Shown: positions 1 to 31,426 of the stretch, in pieces
How the letters are laid out: each line of letters opens with the position of its first letter
How positions within the stretch are numbered: position 1 is the stretch's first letter
NCBI RefSeq assembly: GCF_006345805.1
Contig: NC_043007.1
Coordinates: forward strand, 75,640,001 to 75,704,000
Source: Octopus sinensis
Taxonomy: Eukaryota
Direction: 5' to 3'
DNA length: 64,000 nucleotides
Notes under the pieces: model-generated
Told to the model about the DNA's origin: nothing
Databases searched by the model: none
What the model saw: only the letters and a program-made list of their open reading frames with translations
Made by a program: the position numbers and the translations under genes

Positions 1-705
1 TGTGTATGTGTGCATCTGTGTATGTTTATATTTATGTACAAACGTACATGGATGTATATGCATACGTGCATATACTTATATTTGTGTGAGCTAGTATTTT
101 CGTACATATTTTTGGATATTTATATACGTAATCATAATCATGTATGTGTATTTGTATGCACATCTATATTTATGTATATATATATACAATAAAAAATAAT
201 CAAAAATAAGCAACAAGAATGACTCTGGTAATTTGGTACAATTGTTTCGCACTACAACATTTTATTAAAAGTTGTAATTATTACAGCAGATTTAAGATGT
301 TGAGTGCTCTTCAGCCAAAAATATAGGTTTTCCAATAATACAAAAGCTTTTAAATCAAGTAGTAACATTTTAGAGAAGGTAGATATACAGATAATGTAGA
401 ATTAATGTAGACAACTGAAGAAGGGGAATATTCTTTATGTTGTATGTCTCGTTTCTCTGTTTGTTTTTTCCGTTGTTCGAAAAAAATGTTCGTTTCTATG
501 TTTTTGTTTTTATGTTTTCTTTTCTCGTTGTGTTCAAAGTTTTTTTTGATGTCCTGTACCCATATATGCGTGTATATATACATATATATGTAGGTATGTA
601 CATATATGTATGTATACATGCATATATTTATATATTATTTATATACATACATATTTAAATATAAAACAAAGTAAAGTTGTAAAGAACCGTACGAGCGAAA
701 ATAGG

Positions 706-920
706 TATGAAAGAAGGTTTGAAAATGTAATAGACTTTTAGGAGATATTTATTGACTTGACCGGTTTTACTTTTTTGAAAAAGATTGCGAAAATTAAAAT
801 GTGAAGCTTTGTAAAAACTTATACAAAGCTTTACATTATACTTTTGACAATCTTTTTCTGAAAAAAATGAAACCGGTCAAGTGAATAAACATCTCTAAAA
901 GTCCATTGCATTTTCAAACC

Positions 921-927
<7 letters not shown>
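706..927. mobile_element. Foldback MITE (~110-bp imperfect inverted arms)
   Basis: tatgaaagaaggtttgaaaatg...accggtt ... aaccggt...cattttcaaacctttcata; the arms are complementary almost to the centre. Confidence 0.75.
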
Positions 928-970
<43 letters not shown>

Positions 971-1394
971 GTTGGCTATGAGGGTGTATGTGTGTGTGTG
1001 TGTATTTCTGTTTCTATGTCTGTGTATATGTTTTGTTATAAATATGACTGCTAAAGAGATGATTAAAGGAAAATAAAAACAGAGGGTTGATTTAGACTAG
1101 GTCAGTACCTATAACAGTTTGTTTTCCTGTCAAACAAATGAATAAAATGTTTTAGTCATAATACAAGTTTACAAACACAGAAATACTGTAGGAATTGTTT
1201 ATTGAAGTCAATTTGATGACAATAACTGACCTATAGCAAACACCCATTTGATAACATTAAACAACAAAATCAATTCTGATAACAATAATCGGCCCTGTAA
1301 TTATAGTAAATGGATTTTAATGAATATTTACCAAATATATCATGCTTATGAAAAAAAAGTTTGAATTTCACAAAACTTTAAAAAATGTATTTCT

Positions 1395-18509
<17,115 letters not shown>

Positions 18510-19389
18510 CTTAGATGGTTATGTGAGACTTATCTAAAAATAATAGAAAAGTTTTAAAAAGTCAGAAAAAGAAAATGAATTTAAACTACAAAACGTATAT
18601 AGATATATAAGCTTCCATTTCAAGATACCTTGGGTGGAAATTCATCAGAGCATGAAAAAGGACAATACAAGGATGATTACGTTATGATCAATTGGAATAC
18701 TCCAATAGACTCTTCAAAATGCAATATATTAAACCAGTGTATCTTGGACAAAATTATCCCTATAAAAGATCTAAATTTTCTCATAGTAGCTACATATATA
18801 TGTATGTGTACACACACACACTCACACACATTCTAGAGTAAACACCTAAATGTGAAAGAAGGTGGGGAAAATAGTACTTGAGTACCGGAGGTAAAGTAAC
18901 ATGCCTTATTGTTAAAGCTGCAAAAATATCACAAAAAACTGCTACTCAGAGTTTCCCGTTCGTCGGGCAGTTGTGATCCAGAATGGAATAAGAACTTAGG
19001 TTATATGTATAATTCATATTATGATATAATCCTCAATGTAAATGTAAATAGAAAATAGAAAATAAAACAAAAATTAAAATAAAAAGACAAATATCGTGTG
19101 GTATAATATCGAAGAAAACCTTGCATCAAGAATAAATTTTTAGGTTAAAAAGAAATCATGCATGTCCAGAGTAATCTAATTAATGGTAAATAATTAATCA
19201 ATTAATATAAATGTAAGTCTGTTTTAAAAAATTAACTCATATGTTTAGGAAAGCTCGTAGATATTGATAAAATCAGTAACGGGTTTCTTTTTATATAAGC
19301 AACTCATACACGTGTACATATAAAAATACACGTACAAAAGCTATATACTTATATATACGAAATACACATGCATATATTCACATGAATAC

Positions 19390-20320
19390 ATAAACACATG
19401 CTTATATACTACACATGTGTGAAATTCTGTCTGTGGGTGTGTTTGTGGAATTGTTAGCCAACTCTTCCTACATCGTTTTATCGATTTTGGTGAAATTTGA
19501 CACGTGAGTAGAACCCATGTCTAGAAACCTCATGGCATACTCAGATTGTTGAAAAAAAAATCGATGATAGGGCTCCTGGAAGGGATCCTTATATATATCT
19601 AATATATTTTATTTTAAAAGCCAAGGGAAATAAACCATTTACCCTTGGAAGGGATCCTTATATATAACTAAGGGAAATAACCCATTCATTTTCTTAGATT
19701 ATTTCATAAAAATGAAATTGAGCATGCTTATTTCTTAGTATTTGAACTGTTAGAGTTATTTTCGCAATTTATCCAGTACAACCCTAAAACAAGTAAATAG
19801 TATTTTCCTAAACAATGGATCCATTTATTTTGGTTAATAACCTATTCACGAATATACCAACATTAGCGCCCCTGAGGGTAATATTCTCTGGGAACGCACA
19901 AAACCCCTTTTCAGAGTTATTTATTATAAATTGTTATTACCTCATATCTGATTAGCCTGTTATTACGTAACATGCTTCACGATTTTAGTATATATACCTT
20001 ATTAGGATTTCCTCCTATGTTCTATATACTCTGGGAACGCATTAAAGCCCTTTTCGGGGCTACTTTATTTGAATTCTTACTATCGGGTAACTAATTTCAT
20101 GTTATTACATAATTGACTTCACAATTTGGGTATTCATAACTTATTGGGAATTCCTAAAAACAAGATCCTGTGTAAGACAATTAGGTATTCTCTGTAAATG
20201 CACAAAACTGCTTTAAGGGCTACATACTTTGTATTGTTATTGGATTAGCGAAACAATTATGAGAACGGAACGAAGGGATAAGCCCCGCTTTCCCGGGCAT
20301 TACCGGGTACGTCAGCTAGT
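19390..20320 (+). mobile_element. Non-autonomous Helitron-like element with internal ~150-bp tandem repeats
   Basis: 3' end cccgggcattaccggg hairpin followed by ...CTAG|T; three ctctgggaacgca-type units at 19885-20240. The 5' boundary is uncertain. Confidence 0.65.
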
Positions 20321-20581
20321 ACATAAATATACAGCTCTGTTCAGTTTGGCTTACAAATTTTTAAACTGATTTTTAAAAACTAAACACTTTGAAACTTCGT
20401 ATGCTGGTGGAATGTCTCAGGAAGAATACGGTTTACTTTGAAAATTTTTGACAAAATTTGGTATTTTAGAAGTTATTTCGTGTACAGCTCCAAATATACT
20501 TATACCTACACATAAGCATAAATATACAGATACAAATACAAAAATATATACATATAAGCATACATACAAAAAGACGGGTGC

Positions 20582-20626
<45 letters not shown>

Positions 20627-20821
20627 AGCATTCATTCATATACACATACATTCACATATAGATACGCACACATACTTATACACACACACACACACACACA
20701 AACACACATATATATATATATAGTACAAAGATAGGGGTTATGAAGGTAACCCACTATGGGATATCATATATATATATATGTACATATACACATACATACA
20801 TATATACATACACACACATAT

Positions 20822-21052
20822 TATTTCTTTATTATCCACAAGGGGCTAAACACAGAGAGGACAAACAAGGACAGACAAACGGATTAAGTCGATTATATCG
20901 ACCCCAGTGCGTAACTGGTACTTATTTAATCGACCCCGAAAGGATGAAAGGCAAAGTCGACCTCGGCGGAATTTGAACTCAGAACATAACGGCAGACGAA
21001 ATACGGCAACGCATTTCGCCCGGCGTGCTAACATTTCTGCCAGCTCGCCGCC
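20822..21052 (-). mobile_element. SINE family 2
   Basis: Full-length match to the family consensus seen elsewhere in the window. Confidence 0.9.
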
Positions 21053-21070
21053 TACATATACATGCATACA

Positions 21071-21101
<31 letters not shown>

Positions 21102-21220
21102 GTGTACATGCAATCATGCAGATACATATATACTTGCATATACTATAATCAAATATATACATTCATATATGCGCAAATACACACAAAAGCTGAGAATACA
21201 TACATATACAGGCAAACATA

Positions 21221-21278
<58 letters not shown>

Positions 21279-21595
21279 CTTGTGTACACACATAGATACC
21301 TATACACACATATATAAACATACGTCTCCGTGCGTAAGTATGTGGTAATAATACACTTATATACGTTATACGCGTCTAACGCACACATTTGCCGTCGCCA
21401 GTTAAAGAGCAAAAGAAAGAAAAAACAGAAAGAACTACATAAGTGGGGGGGGGGGGCGAAAAGAGAAAATAGAGAAACGTTTCAATTTTGACAACGTTGC
21501 GGCTTTTAAAGTATCGAGATGGGAAAATCATAACAAAATGAAAGGAAGAAAAAAGAAAGATAAGTTGTAATAAAATAATCGTGTGTATATACCCC

Positions 21596-22764
21596 ACTAG
21601 CAGCATAACCCGGCGTTGCCCGGGTATGTAAAAGCCCCCCCTAGTAGGCAACGACTAATCCCGATCTAGTCCTTTCCCTCTAGGGAACGAAGGCGCATGT
21701 GTAGGTTGCAATGTCTTCTCTTCACTCCCAAATAACTATCAAACAGCTATCGATAATTCAACCCAACCAATTCCTACCAGGAAGAAATTACATTCGAGAC
21801 TTTACCCCCAACACCGCCACTTCTGCTAATAGCTACTGCAGCCGCAGGTTATTCGAATACTTATTTCGTTTAAACTTTCTTTATAACTACCACCCCAAAC
21901 GTTTTATCTTAAATTTTTGACGTACCCTAAGGGTCCTCGGACGCTACTTGCAAACTCTTGGTTTATTATAAACCGCTTTTGTCGTGTGCACCAAAAAACC
22001 TTTTCCATTCGTTTGTTCAGTTTATTCACCTTTTACTTTTTCGTTGTTGTCACTCACGTTGCTGCCCGCTTTTTTGCCGTTTTTGTACATTTTTATACAT
22101 TTTTGGATACTTACCCCACGTGTTCCGAGAGTTAAAAAGGTCGAGTTGCGTCCCCTAGACAGTCTGTGATTTGTGTATAATACACAAATCGGTTTGCTGT
22201 GTGCCACATATGATTTAATTAACCGATTTTTTTCCAGTAATAAAGTATCCTATTGGAATAAAAAGGGCCATATAGCTCCTTGGAGCAGACATGATGCTCG
22301 CTGTTAATTTAAAAAAAAAATCCTGCCAATTTGTGAAAGATATTGTCGAAAATATGTCATCTTGAATTTGAACGCGATTTCCCAAAATGGCATGATTTTA
22401 TCGATTTTTTCTGATGGTAAGGTATTGCATGGAAAACTATCGTCAGAATTAAGTTTCTTAGGGTAACATTAAGCTTCACCATGAGTTTGGTGAAAATCGA
22501 TTGCAAGTTGCGAGAACTACAACAGAAAATGTGTTGCATATAAAAAGCTTAGATTCTCGACCCTATGTCGAATTTATCAATTTTTTTCAGAACTGGGGGA
22601 ACTTTTCAAAATTTTCGCTGCGTTAGTTTTGAATAATGACATTGGGCTATGTGTGTGTCAAGTTTCATCAGAATCGGTTGAAAGCCGTGGTCAGGGTGAG
22701 GGTACAACCTGACAGACACACAGACACACAGACAGACAAACTGCCGTTTATATAGAGAGAGATG
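21596..22764 (-). mobile_element. Non-autonomous Helitron
   Basis: Minus strand 5' a|TCtctctctatataaacggcagtttgtctgtc... and 3' cccgggcaacgccggg hairpin plus gctgCTAG|t. Confidence 0.75.
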
Positions 22765-22985
22765 CCCATATTCGCCTACATATAGATAGATACGTATGTA
22801 CATCCCAAATAGATCGTTAGCCCCTACACACATTTTTGTCTCTCCTTGTTTTTCCTGTGTCCCTTTCTGTAGAAGAGCGTAGGCTCGAAACGTAAAAGGC
22901 TGTTTCTATTCCTGAGCGTTATACTAATACATCTGTTTGTTTTGTACACCACCTGTCTTCGTCTTTTGTTTTTTTCGTAAACTCT

Positions 22986-23055
<70 letters not shown>

Positions 23056-23235
23056 TTACTATTATGTTAAACTATCGTATCTCCAGCCGATTCCGATGCT
23101 AAGACATGAAAAATTGTCAGAGTGTAGTACAATGGTTTTGCTATGGAATGGTGAAACTATTTTTTCGTTTTATGAAAAAGCAACGTTTTGGACTTATGAC
23201 ACTCTTGCATAACAGCAACGATATACATACACACA

Positions 23236-23339
<104 letters not shown>

Positions 23340-23524
23340 TATACATACATATATACATACATTATACATACGCAATACGTATTCATACATACAACGGCGT
23401 GTCTGGCGTGTTGAATATAAATATAAAAATTGTGATATCGGAGGTGTAGAATGAGCGACACTAATTAAAAACAATTAAAATAATAAATAAAATTAAAGTA
23501 CTAAAAACATTATTAATAAACATT

Positions 23525-23845
23525 GAACAGGCCTTGCCAATGCGAATCTCAGCGGCAGGCGAAATACCGCATTTTGTCCAACTCGCTAAGGGTTCTGCCA
23601 GCTCGCTCTCTTATTAACAATAATAATCTTTTCTACAATAGGCACGAGGCCTAACATATTTTGGTGGGGAGGGGTCCAGTCAATTACATAGACTCCAGTG
23701 CGTAACTGGTACTTAATTTATCGCCTTCGAATGGATGAAAGGTAAAGTCAACCCCGGCGGCATTTGAACTCAGAACATGATGACAGACGAAATACCGCTA
23801 AGCATTTCGCCCGGCACGCTAACGATTCTGCCAGCTCACCGCTTT
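23525..23845 (-). mobile_element. SINE family 2 (one partial plus one 5'-intact copy), followed by an (ATT)/(AAT) tract to ~23985
   Basis: ttctgccagctcgc heads at ~23600 and ~23835. Confidence 0.8.
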
Positions 23846-23904
23846 ATTATTATTATTATTGTTATTGTTATTGTTATTGTTATTGTTATTATTATTATTA
23901 TTAT

Positions 23905-23986
<82 letters not shown>

Positions 23987-24679
23987 GGAAGATCTACTGT
24001 TTTCTGTAAGTAATTTGAATTATCCTCAAAATAAGTCAAAAAATAACTTACATATCTACAGCTCATACAAACGTACACCTAACAAGAAAAATTAGAAACA
24101 TAAATATCTCCAATTCTGTGTGAACATTTACATTTAGTCGTCTCTCATGACTATAAGAATGTGTAAAATTGCCTTTTAAATTACCTTTTATTGTAACAAC
24201 ACAATTAAATGCACGATAAAAAGTTATGGAATTAAGCACCTACTACTATATACATACAACTGAATTCAGAAATTAAAAAATATATACATAACATTGAACT
24301 CAGAAAGTTATTTAAAAAAAGAAAAAAAAAAAAAAATCTTCGACGAAAACATCAGATAATATGTGTGAGTGAATATACATATATATACATATACATATGC
24401 ATGTGGTGAAGAAGAAAAGAGAAAGGAAAAAAATAAATAAATAAATAAATAAACGTAAACAGGTTTGACCTTTTACTGACCATTAACGTCCTTTGTCTCC
24501 ACCATCTACCGTAGCTATTTATAGACCCAAAGAACATGAATTCTTTAACCACCCATTCTCCAACACAATGGAGTGTTGATGGTGGCTGTGGCTACACATA
24601 AAACAATGTCATTGAAGATGATGATGGTGATGGTGATGTTGCTGATGATGGTGATGGTGGTGAAGATGATAGTAATAAC

Positions 24680-27600
24680 AATAATAACTGACAGATCCCG
24701 TCTTTTTCCCTTTCTTTTCGTTTCCTTCTCCGTATTTTATTCTCATTATTTCGAACTAATACAGACACAGTAAGCCTTGAAGAAAGGAAGAGGAGGAAAA
24801 GAAGAAAAAAAAAAAATGTCCGGAGATAAAACTATCAACAAAAAAAATACAGACGAATATAGATCTGCTAGTCTTAAGAAGCGGCGCTATGAGCAATGCT
24901 TACATGTAGTGAACCCTAAACTGACAGATCCATCTCCTAATATAAGAATGGATGCTCGTCATGCTTCAAAGTCAACAAATCAAACAATAAACCGCATTGG
25001 TCATTGCGCGGATTACAAAAGACCACGTACCCGAAAATTGAACCAAATCCTGATTGAAAAATCAGTTACTGGATCAAATCTTCCCAACACACAGGAGCTG
25101 GACGAACCCCACAACCGGAATATTCCAACAGATGGCCATCCATGCTCATCACCAAATAATCAAAAGAAAAAGAAGGAAAAATGGTCTAGGGAAGATAATA
25201 AAGAAGTTCTTGAGGCCTTCTACCATGCCATATATTTCCCCACAGATAAGTCTAGCACTGTACAAGCATACTTAAACTGGAGACAGAAACACCCTGAAGT
25301 AAGACCCTACATAGACAGTAACAAGCTTGCCAATGTTAGAAGAAACATTATAAAAAAGAAATTACTGACTGAAGTAGAGATTGATCAGGTTAGACAAGCA
25401 ATATCGGATAAAATGAACGAAGCTGCAGCTAGAGAAGATAATACAGAGGAAATGATTATAGACCAGCCCAGGGCGGATAAAAACGAAGAGAGGATTGAAA
25501 GAGTTAGTATAAGTGATAGGCAAAGTGAAATACGCCCTGAACCAATCATAAACACTAAGACAGATGAGCATCAAATAGATAAAGAAAGTCACACAAATAT
25601 TGACCCAACAGAACTACATGAGCTAAAAAATCAAATCATGATTGAATGGCTGAAAATTAAAGAAACCAGCATGGATGAGCGTGATACACTTCCTAAAATC
25701 CGCAACTCTAACCAAAACATGAAAATAATTGGTAAAATCCGGCTTGCACTTAAGGATATAATTTCAGTTAATGATGTTGATATCACAAACCTCAACCACC
25801 TATACTATGCATCCGCGAAAATCTCAACGATCCTATGTGGTGTAAAGATTAGAAAACGGCAACAGTCCCACAAAAAGCCTTCTTGGCAAGAGCGTCTGCA
25901 ACAACAAATTAAAATATTTAGATCTGACATTGAATATTTGAAAAACCTTAAGGCTCACAAGACTACCAAACCTACAAAAACCCAAAAATTACTGAAAAAA
26001 TACAATATGAAAACTATACTTGATATTGATGCCACCATAGAAACCATCAAACAAAAGGTATCTGCCAAAGCTGCCCGCATAGCGAGGTATGAAAAGCGTG
26101 TTAGATTTTTCAAGGACAACAACATGTTCAAAAATAACACCAAGAATTTTTACAGGAAGATAGGAAAAACAGCGTTTACTGCAGGGTCTGTACCATCAAA
26201 AGAAGAAGTGCAGAGATTCTGGAATAAAATCTGGGCAGAAGGAAAAACACACAACGAAAGGTCCCCTGGATTGACAGAATATCTACAGAACTGGACCCCT
26301 TAGAAGAGCAAAAGTGGGAGGGTGTCAAGGTAGAAGATATAAGATCTGCTCTCAGGAGGTCAAGCAAATGGAAGTCTCCAGGAAAGGATAAAATTCCTAA
26401 CTTCTGGCTGAATGCCTTCCCAGAGAGCCATGAACTGCTAACAGAACTGTACAATGATGTTTTGCAACACCCTAGTAGGATGCCTCCTTGGCTAGTTAAT
26501 GGGTTAACATTCCTGCTTCCAAAAAGTGAAGAAACAAATGAACCAAAAAACTATAGACCCATAACCTGCTTAACAACTATGTACAAAACACTAACATCTG
26601 TCCTGACGGAATATACCTATAGTTTTTTAACAGACAGCAGCATATTCCCTAATGAACAGAAAGGATGTAAACGTGGATCCTACGGCTGTAAAGACCAACT
26701 ACTCATCAATAAGATGATCTTAGAAGATTGTCACAAACGACACAAAAACTTATCAATAGCCTGGATAGACTATAAAAAGGCTTTTGATAGCCTACCACAT
26801 AGCTGGATTAGGAAATGCCTTGAAATGTATAAGATAGCACCAACTCTGCGAAACTTCTTGACTGTAAGTATGAGATCATGGAGAACCACACTAACTCTGA
26901 ACAGTGACAGTGAATCCCTAAATGCTGGTGATGTAAAAATTTCGTGTGGCATTTTCCAGGGTGACTCACTGTCACCACTCCTCTTTTGTTTATCCTTAAT
27001 ACCTCTCTCAAAGCTGCTCAATGACGCGCAGTACGGGTATAAAATGTTTGATAAAAATATAAATCATCTCGTTTACATGGATGATTTAAAGCTTTTTGCA
27101 AAAAATGATCAACAACTCAAGGGCTTACTAGCGATAGTCAAACAATTCAGTGACGACATCAGAATGCAATTCGGCCTCGATAAATGTGCAAAGGCTACCT
27201 TTATCAAAGGAAAAATGACAGAAACATCTAACGTTAACCTTGACCAACAGAATGTCATAAAAGAACTAGACCCAGCGGAGAGCTACAAGTACCTAGGGGT
27301 AATTGAAGGGAACGGAATAAAGCATTCAGAGATGAAGGAAAGGATCAGGAGAGAATGCTATCGAAGAGTGAGAGCAATACTCAAGACAGAGCTGAATGCA
27401 AGAAACAGGATCGAAGCAATCAATGCATTGGCTATACCAGTCGTGACTTACAGTTTCAATATTGTTAACTGGTCAATTACTGAAATATGTCATCTCGACA
27501 GAAAAATAAGGAAACTGTTGACAATGCATAGAATGCACCACCCTAAGGCAGATACAGAACGACTCTATCTGCCAAGAAAAGAGGGAGGCCGTGGTCTTTT

Positions 27601-28845
27601 GCAACTGGCAATAACAATGAAGATTGCTACAATTGGCCTAGACACCTACCTGAAAAACTCTGAGGACTGGATGCTAAAACTTGTCTCAAAACATGAAAAC
27701 AAGAAAGCATCATACTCAGTCACAAAACAGGCAAAGGAATATCTAAGTGAATTCCGAATACAACCAATTTCGGAATTAGAGATAGATATACAAGAAACAA
27801 GCACAGAAAAAGCTAGGCGCATGAAAACCCGTGCCAAAACTGCGGCCTTAGATATTCTGAATAATAAATGGCAAGAAAAACCTCTCTATGGCAAATACCC
27901 AAAGAGAGCGAATAATGCAGATATCGACAAAGCCCTGACCCATCAATGGCTAATGGCCTCTGGCTTAAAATCTGAAACAGAGGGGTTTATCATAGTAGCT
28001 CAAGATCAATGCCTACCAACAAGAAACTACCAGGCCAACATATTAAAGATCAGAAGCAGTCCAACGTGTCGTGTATGCCAGCAACAAAATGAAACCATTG
28101 ACCATGTGGTCTCCAAGTGCAGTCTTCTAGCGCCTACAGAGTATCTCAACAGGCACGATAGAGCTGCACAATATATTCACTGGGTAATCTGTAAAAACCT
28201 GGATTTGCCCCATGAAAAAAACTGGTGGGAACACAAACCACCCCCAGTGCTTGAAAATGACCACATCTCACTCCTCTGGAACTTCACCATTCAAACTGAC
28301 AGGAAGATAGATGCAAATAGGCCAGACATCATATTGAAAGACTTCAAACAAAGAACATGCCTCCTCATTGATATGACTGTCCCAATCGATATAAACGTAT
28401 CTGTCAAGACCTACCAAAAACTGAGCAAATATAAAGATCTTGAAATAGAAATCAGCAAAATGTGGAAGCTGAAGACTAAAACAATACCTGTTGTCATAGG
28501 TGCCCTGGGAATGATAGCAAAAGGGGCTGATAGCTACCTAACTCAGATACCAGGAAACCCAAAAATGGCAGAAGTTCAAAAGATAGTGCTCATGGGAACT
28601 GCTCATATCCTACGCAAAATACTCTCTATGTAATCTCAAGGTTTAAAACAAACATAATTTTCGGTTTAAAAAAAAAAAAAAACCTTTTATTTTTTAGACA
28701 TTCATTAGTACAACATCCCCACCCCCCAAATATATGGCACACTAGGCATAACAACAAAATGAACTTCCAACCCTGTTGTCTCTTGAGGTCTCTGGGTGAG
28801 ACTTGGAGCCAACTTGTACAAATATAAAGCAAAAGTCAAACATAG
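24680..28845 (+). mobile_element. Full-length non-LTR retrotransposon, R4/Dong clade (single ORF, RT plus restriction-like endonuclease)
   Basis: N-terminal KWSREDNKEVLEAFY domain; RT motifs NYRPITCL, EQKGC, WIDYKKAFDS, GIFQGDSLSPLLF, YMDDLKLF, YKYLG; CCHC knuckle CRVC...DHVVSKC; RLE motifs RHD, RPDI, LIDMTVP, KLSKYKDL; short 3'UTR and (TAA)n tail from 28846. Confidence 0.93.
24816..28633 (+). CDS. R4/Dong ORF (~1272 aa once one frameshift at the C-run 26263-26266 is corrected)
   Basis: ORFs 24777..26303 and 26462..28633 join if CCCC becomes CCCCC (HNERS-PWIDRISTELDPLEEQKW...WKSPGKDKIPNFWL...LQHP). No other stops. Confidence 0.85.
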
Positions 28846-29169
28846 AATAATAATAATAATAATAATGATGATAATGAACAGTAATAATAATAATAGAAAT
28901 AATAAAATAACTAAAAAATTCTATTCGGGCATTCGACATCTTTAAACTCATTTGGACAATGATAGATGTTCTTTTTGGGTGTGCACTTAAAATCATTGTT
29001 GAAAAGTTCTGAAATTGCGATATATAAAATGTTTTCATATAGTTTATAAAGGGGTGCATTTAAGAGTAAAAACTGAAAATAAAAATAAAAATATAGTTTG
29101 TATACTGTCAAAGGTTTCTTGAAAGGCAAGATGCCGGTTTAAGCGAAAAATCAAATTCAAATGCGAAAT

Positions 29170-30060
29170 CAATGCTACCCGCACAGTATTTTCCCGTTAG
29201 ACATTTTATATTTCGAGGCGTGTCTGCAAGAATTCAAAAGTTCCAACTTTTGGTTCAGGGTGTATTTATCCTGGAAAGGGATGAAAAAATTCTCAGTTAG
29301 GCCCAAATTGCACCTCATTGGGCCTCTATGCGCTCCATGCTCATATGGTACTGCTCTTTCTAAGATTGTCCAGTAGATTTTGAAAGGGCGGGTGTCATTT
29401 TTTTCAACTGCCAGACAGGCTTAGCGAGATTCGTTGCTGTCTTATTTATTTTCAGAGTATCGAAATGAATTTTGATGGGAATATAGCTTGGTTTTGAAGG
29501 AATATTCGGTGGACCCTATTTATGTCTTATATATTTGTGAGCCTTCTATTTGCACCATGGGTCTATATACTATTCCTTTTTTCCAGATAATTTCCTCCCA
29601 GACGGACAGCAACTTTGGTCATTACAAATACAATTCTTCTCATGATTATTTCCAGCACTGTGGTAATTCCTAGTAGTTTTCGTGTCCTGCTGGTTAATTA
29701 AAGAGGCGACGTTACAAATCCCATGGTACTTGTGGTTTGCTTGAAAGCGCTTAGAAATTAGTTTCAAGAATTCTCTACCTATATTAGTTTTTACGGCGAT
29801 GTTAAATGTCGGATTAAACCACAAGATTTTCCTAGGTCTAGTGCTATGCGCTCTATTAATGTTAGTTATGCTTTGGCTATACTAGATCTTCTCCGAGAAT
29901 CCACTGTTTCTTAATGCATCATTACAATATGGCGCGGCATTTTGAAACGCTGTCTCGTCTGAAGATATTGATGATTTGCGCCTTCCTATATTGCTAACTA
30001 AATTCTTAAGGATTACTAGTAGATGATTTGACTCTTTGTTGATGTAATATAGCTTTTCAT
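29170..30060 (-). mobile_element. Penelope-like element 3' fragment (degenerate)
   Basis: WFNPTFNIAVKTNIGREFLKLISKRF (ORF 29570..29824) and a downstream degraded GIY-YIG C-terminus. Confidence 0.75.
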
Positions 30061-30413
30061 TAGGCTTACGGTAGAGTTTAAATTATTTAATTGTTAGTTT
30101 TAGTTAATATCAAAAAGTCAATATTATTTAGGTTAGCTTTTATCGTTATTTGTAAGCCCATTCTTTAGAATTTGTAAATTCAATTTTAATTTCTATTTAC
30201 ATTTACTGCCTCATCTTCAGTGCTTTTGAAAAGCCGTTAGTTGAAACGATCAATCAAATTCAAATGTGAGTCTGTCAATGTGAATTATATCATGATATAA
30301 ATTATTCGTATAACCTAAATTTATATTCCACTCTGGATCACAAATACCCAACGAATGGGCACGTGAAACTCTGAGTAGCAGTTTTTGCGATGCTTTTATG
30401 ATGTTTTTGCAAT

Positions 30414-30461
<48 letters not shown>

Positions 30462-30476
30462 GTAGTAGTAGTAGTA

Positions 30477-30527
<51 letters not shown>

Positions 30528-30528
<1 letters not shown>

Positions 30529-31013
30529 GGTCACAGAAAACGAGAAAGCAACCACACTCTGGGATATGCCGATACACACAGATAGAGAAATTAAGGCCAA
30601 CAGACCAGATATAGTTGTCAGAGATCATGAAGAAAAAAAATGCTTTCTAATTGATGTATTAATACCGGTAGATGACAACGTGTCTCTAAAAGAAATGGAG
30701 AAACTCTCAAAATACAAAGACCTGGAAATAGAGGTAACTAGAATGTGGAATCTGAAAACAGAAACAATTCCTATCATAGTAGGTGCATTAGGCATGATAA
30801 AAAAATATTCAGACAAATACATAACAAAAACACCAGGACTTACAAACACATATAACATACAGAAAATTGCACTACTAGGCACTGCACACATCCTACGCAG
30901 AACACTTTCCATACAATAACCATCAGAGCATCACAACAAATCACAGCACATACCCAAGGCACACAGAGCTGCGCTCGGTAGTGAAGTGAAAGCACGCTAT
31001 AAAAATAAAACTA

Positions 31014-31018
<5 letters not shown>
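30528..31018 (+). mobile_element. 5'-truncated R4/Dong copy (RLE domain plus 3'UTR) embedded in (TAA)n
   Basis: LWDMPIHTDREIKANRPDIVV...KLSKYKDLEIE...LGTAHILRRTL*; (AAT)n at 30416-30527 and from 31019; distinct 3'UTR from the full-length copy. Confidence 0.9.
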
Positions 31019-31105
<87 letters not shown>

Positions 31106-31314
31106 TGAGAAAGTTGGTGTGTGAAATCACGTGTTCATAACGAAGACATAACACGATGTTTTGAGAAATTTGAAAAGTTAACACGAAACCGGTAATTTCT
31201 TCAAAAACTATGTCACTGTATGAAAAAATTTTATAACATTCTTCTGACATAATGACTCAAATATATTTTTTAACCGTTCAAAACAAGCCTTCTGTAGTTT
31301 TTTCACTTTTTACC

Positions 31315-31426
<112 letters not shown>

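Noticed and set aside
24480-24530. TATAAATA on the minus strand as the copy A promoter, with a donor-like site at ~24050
   Set aside because: Spacing to an initiator-like motif is wrong, there is no homologous site upstream of copy B, and such motifs are common in AT-rich DNA.
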